From the sequence record PZ026127.1: 64,000 nt of DNA; one strand, 5' to 3'. Below, one piece after another: positions 61,151-64,000 of this stretch (positions are counted from its first letter, which is position 1; each line of letters begins with the position of its first letter). Position numbers and translations under genes: made by a program. The DNA comes from a phage. Below the pieces are notes generated by a model that searched no databases, was not told the DNA's origin, and saw only the letters and a list, made by a program, of their open reading frames with translations.

Positions 61151-62431
61151 TTATGCCTCGTAAATAATTGGAGGAAGTTTAACACCAAGCAGATAAGACA
61201 TGTTACTCTGGCCTGCCATTAAATCCATATTAGTTGCGTCTATAACACGAGCTTCTTTATCATCTTTAGCAACGGTATACGGGTTTGCTGAAAGTGCATA
61301 ACGAACCATCAGAGAAATAGCCGGTTGCAAACTATCAGGGTCTACAATAACTTTATAGGCGCCAACATGTTCTTGGTCGTCTAAATCCAGACCTTCGGTA
61401 TACGGAGCATAGAAAATAGAACCAACTACTTCATTACCACCGTAATCTTCTTTAACGCCTACGATAACATAATCTAAAGGACTATTAACATCACAGAATA
61501 CAGGCAATCCGTTAATCAAATAACCATAAGCAGTTTCTGGGAGCCAAGCTTCATCTTCAGGTTTGTGTTTCAACCAACCTGAACCAGCGAGCATCGCAGC
61601 AACACGACTAGATGCGACAACAAACGTACCTGAATAAGAAGTGGTTTTCTGAATTTCAGAATTCATCTCACAAACCATTTCGTATAATTTACGTGCAGAT
61701 TCTGGAGCACTGTCATAAGACAAATCGACAATACCGTTATCAGACACACCAGTAACTTTATAGCGTTTAGATACAGTTATTAGAGACTGCAGAACGTCTT
61801 TATTAATTTCATCAGCCATTACAGTGGCTAAAAGGTCTTCTAAGAACGCAGGGGCGTCGAAGCCATTAGATTCCATGTCTTGGGCTAGTTCTACAGTCAA
61901 AGCGGTTTTAAGCTTACGGGACTTAACAGGGGCGTTCCATTTATTAACCTGGAATACTGCATTGCTAATTTCAACATCACCTGCTTCGAATTTTTCTGTG
62001 TGAGCCGCATCAGGAACCAGACGACATGTTAATGACACTAAACCTTCTTGAAGAGCATCAGCCAATTCTGTGGCGCTAGTGGACGCGAGTGGGCTTGCTT
62101 TAAGAGCCTTATAAACCACATTCTGGTACTTGAAATATTCACCCTGAGCAATCGCCTGGGCCTTATCTGTGAGTTCTGGGATAGTTTCACGGTCTTTAGA
62201 ACCAACTTCACCACCATAAGAGGCACCTGTCTGGAAACTAAATTCATTATCAGGGGTAAGATATTTGACACCATACAGTGCAGCAATAGGCTGGCTAGTA
62301 CGTTGTTCGGCGATAATATCACGGTAAATCAATTTGGTTGTAGCACGGGTCAAAGCAACAAGATTAGGGCGACCCAATGAGTTGCTGGAAGTAGTTGTTG
62401 ACTCGCGCAGTAATTCGTTAATCTTTGCCAT
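61151..62431 (-). CDS. 24: capsid vertex protein gp24
   Basis: 426 aa; N-terminus MAKINELLRESTTT.SNS.GRPNLVALTRATTKLIY and C-terminal region closely match remembered T4 gp24 (427 aa); late promoter upstream. Confidence 0.85.
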   Translation of the reverse strand: MAKINELLRESTTTSSNSLGRPNLVALTRATTKLIYRDIIAEQRTSQPIAALYGVKYLTPDNEFSFQTGASYGGEVGSKDRETIPELTDKAQAIAQGEYFKYQNVVYKALKASPLASTSATELADALQEGLVSLTCRLVPDAAHTEKFEAGDVEISNAVFQVNKWNAPVKSRKLKTALTVELAQDMESNGFDAPAFLEDLLATVMADEINKDVLQSLITVSKRYKVTGVSDNGIVDLSYDSAPESARKLYEMVCEMNSEIQKTTSYSGTFVVASSRVAAMLAGSGWLKHKPEDEAWLPETAYGYLINGLPVFCDVNSPLDYVIVGVKEDYGGNEVVGSIFYAPYTEGLDLDDQEHVGAYKVIVDPDSLQPAISLMVRYALSANPYTVAKDDKEARVIDATNMDLMAGQSNMSYLLGVKLPPIIYEA

Positions 62432-62459
62432 TGCGCTTTCCTTATTGAGGGTATATGTT

Positions 62460-62467
62460 TATTTATA
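62460..62467 (-). promoter_or_regulatory. late promoter of gene 24
   Basis: TATAAATA on minus strand upstream of gene 24 start (62431). Confidence 0.55.
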
Positions 62468-62473
62468 AAAGTT

Positions 62474-62503
62474 GTTTACAGCAAGATTCTCACATGTTAC
62501 TAT
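62474..62503 (+). promoter_or_regulatory. early promoter upstream of the 93-aa ORF and segD
   Basis: GTTTACA, 18 nt, TACTATAGACCTATCAA. Confidence 0.55.
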
Positions 62504-62517
62504 AGACCTATCAAAAC

Positions 62518-62799
62518 ATGAGGAGATTAAAAATGAACAAGTTAAACTTTATTCGTACTACTCTTTCCGCTCTTGATAAAGACATCAAAGCTCTGGTAGA
62601 AAAATTCGGTAACAATCCTAATGGTAATGCAGTGAATGCCTTAGTTAAGAAATACGAAGCCATGGCTTATGCTACCGACTTCTGGTGGAACGGTGAATAC
62701 TCTACCCATACCAAAGACAAATCTGGTAACTGGCTGAAAATCCAAGAAAATCGTATTGACTTCCGTGATATCATCAACCGTCGTGTCAAAGCAGCGTAA
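62518..62799 (+). CDS. hypothetical early protein
   Basis: 93 aa; RBS GAGGAGA; own early promoter. Confidence 0.5.
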   Translation: MRRLKMNKLNFIRTTLSALDKDIKALVEKFGNNPNGNAVNALVKKYEAMAYATDFWWNGEYSTHTKDKSGNWLKIQENRIDFRDIINRRVKAA

Positions 62800-62802
62800 A
62801 AT

Positions 62803-63474
62803 ATGAATTATTTAATTTACAAAATAACCAATCTCATTAATAACAAGATTTATGTTGGAGCTCATGCCACTACAGATGTTAACGATTCTTATATGGGCTC
62901 CGGGGTTAACATAGTAAAATCCATAAAGAAATACGGTTTAGAGAATTTTAAAAAGGAAATCCTTTTCAATTTCGAAACATCTGAAGAGATGTATGCTAAG
63001 GAAGCCGAACTAGTTGACGAGGCTTTTGTCATGAGAACGGATACTTATAACGCAGCCTTAGGCGGCAAGGGTAATCCTGTTATAGTAGCTTTACAGGAAC
63101 CTGGGTATCGTGAGATGTTATCCGAAAAGACAAAAGCCGGCATGACTGAAGAAGTACGAGCAAGACTTTCAAAAATGAAAATGGGTATGAAATATTCTCA
63201 AGAAACCCAAGACAAAAAATCAAAAGCTATGAAAGACCTCTATAAAACTAAAAGCCATCCCAGAACCGGTAAGAAACACAGCGAAGAATCCAAGGCTAAA
63301 ATTAGAGCGGGTTCTAATAAAGGTCAAAAGATTGTTTTTGTTGATATTATGATTAAAGGTCTTAAATTCTCCCATTATGATGATGCAGCAAAACATTTTA
63401 ACGTGAGCGCCAAAACCATCCGTAATTGGATTAAAGAAACTAGACCACAATTTGCAGATTGCTATAAGGTGTAG
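62803..63474 (+). CDS. segD: free-standing GIY-YIG homing endonuclease (SegD-like)
   Basis: 223 aa (T4 SegD 223 aa); N-terminal YLIYKITN...KIYVGAH GIY-YIG motif, repeated K/S-rich NUMOD-like middle, C-terminal DNA-binding-like region; sits between genes 23 and 24 as segD does in T4. Confidence 0.75.
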   Translation: MNYLIYKITNLINNKIYVGAHATTDVNDSYMGSGVNIVKSIKKYGLENFKKEILFNFETSEEMYAKEAELVDEAFVMRTDTYNAALGGKGNPVIVALQEPGYREMLSEKTKAGMTEEVRARLSKMKMGMKYSQETQDKKSKAMKDLYKTKSHPRTGKKHSEESKAKIRAGSNKGQKIVFVDIMIKGLKFSHYDDAAKHFNVSAKTIRNWIKETRPQFADCYKV

Positions 63475-63484
63475 AAACAAGAAT

Positions 63485-63502
63485 GGGAGACCGAAGTCTC
63501 CC
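63485..63502. terminator. hairpin between convergent segD and gene 23
   Basis: GGGAGAC-CGAA-GTCTCCC; weak U-tract on either strand. Confidence 0.4.
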
Positions 63503-63533
63503 AAATAATTTTAAGAATTAATAACTTATGTTA

Positions 63534-64000
63534 TTAAATTCCTTTCACGTACACACGTCTAAAGTAACCATTCAGACCAAGGCTGTTAACGATGTCAGGC
63601 ATACCATTCTGGATACGTTTGGTAGGAGCCTGAGCAGCAGGGTCAGCGAACGGGTTGATACCGATACCGTAACGAGTTTTGAAGCCCATTACCGGTTGGA
63701 AGTTCTTCGGATCGGAACCACGCAGCGGGGTCAGTGCAACGTACGGAGCATAGTAGATACCTGCGTCCATTTCGTTAGCGCCTTTATAACCAATGGTGAA
63801 GTAATCGGAACGTGCATACTGGTCGATGTAAACGCGATATTTACCACCAAGAACACCGGCAAATACTGCTTTGGTTGTGTCAACGTTGAAACCTTGACCC
63901 AGACCTTGAGCTGCATAACTTACAGAAGTATCAACTGCAGCCAGTACGTTAACTACGTTACGGGAAGCGATGATGAAGTTACCAGCACCACGACCGGTCT
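63534..64000 (-). CDS. 23: major capsid protein gp23 (3' part; gene continues beyond window)
   Basis: C-terminus MDAGIYYAPYVALTPLRGSDPKNFQPVMGFKTRYGIGINPFA...FRRVYVKGI near-identical to T4 gp23; frame upstream of 63770 unclear in my reading (track shows a frame break). Confidence 0.8.
   Translation of the reverse strand, partial: TGRGAGNFIIASRNVVNVLAAVDTSVSYAAQGLGQGFNVDTTKAVFAGVLGGKYRVYIDQYARSDYFTIGYKGANEMDAGIYYAPYVALTPLRGSDPKNFQPVMGFKTRYGIGINPFADPAAQAPTKRIQNGMPDIVNSLGLNGYFRRVYVKGI

Noticed and set aside
63720-64000. Apparent frame break in gene 23 (track gives separate ORFs 63534-63770 and 63731-63916)
   Set aside because: The C-terminal 78 aa match T4 gp23 very closely; the break may reflect my reading of the sequence (coordinates here disagreed with the track by 1 nt) or a window-edge effect, so a pseudogene is not called without re-checking the raw bases.

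Overview
The window is a contiguous stretch of a T4-like (Tevenvirinae, T2/T6-type) myovirus genome, in reverse orientation relative to the conventional T4 map. Gene order and several proteins recognised by sequence follow T4 synteny: ndd-stp-52-motA, an early accessory cluster, asiA, holin t and long-tail-fibre genes 38-37-36-35-34 (minus strand), rnh-dsbA-33-59-32, frd-td-nrdA-nrdB-denA-rnlA, a spanin pair, pseT, cd, 31, rIII, a 30.x-like cluster containing a NADAR-family gene, DNA ligase, three tandem alt-like ADP-ribosyltransferase genes, baseplate genes 54-48-29-28-27-51 (minus) and 26-25 (plus), uvsY, uvsW.1-uvsW (minus), inh-hoc, rnlB, two tandem gene-24 paralogs, a free-standing segD-like GIY-YIG gene and the 3' end of gene 23. 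No tRNA, rRNA or CRISPR array was seen, and td and nrdB are uninterrupted (no group I intron). Regulatory signals are T4-type: early promoters (GTTTAC, 17-18 nt, TACTAT/TATAAT), MotA-box middle promoters, TATAAATA late promoters and UUCG-loop intrinsic terminators. The most notable features are the triplicated alt array, the nearby NADAR/HAD pair, the duplicated vertex gene 24, a T2-type gp38 adhesin with a self-cleaving gp37, and duplicated promoter-leader modules. Identifications rest on remembered T4 protein sequences, lengths and synteny; no database search was run. CDS ends follow the supplied ORF track (which sometimes begins at TTG/GTG upstream of the likely ATG, so several starts were trimmed); coordinates of promoters, terminators and sub-track small ORFs were read by eye and may be off by 1-2 nt.
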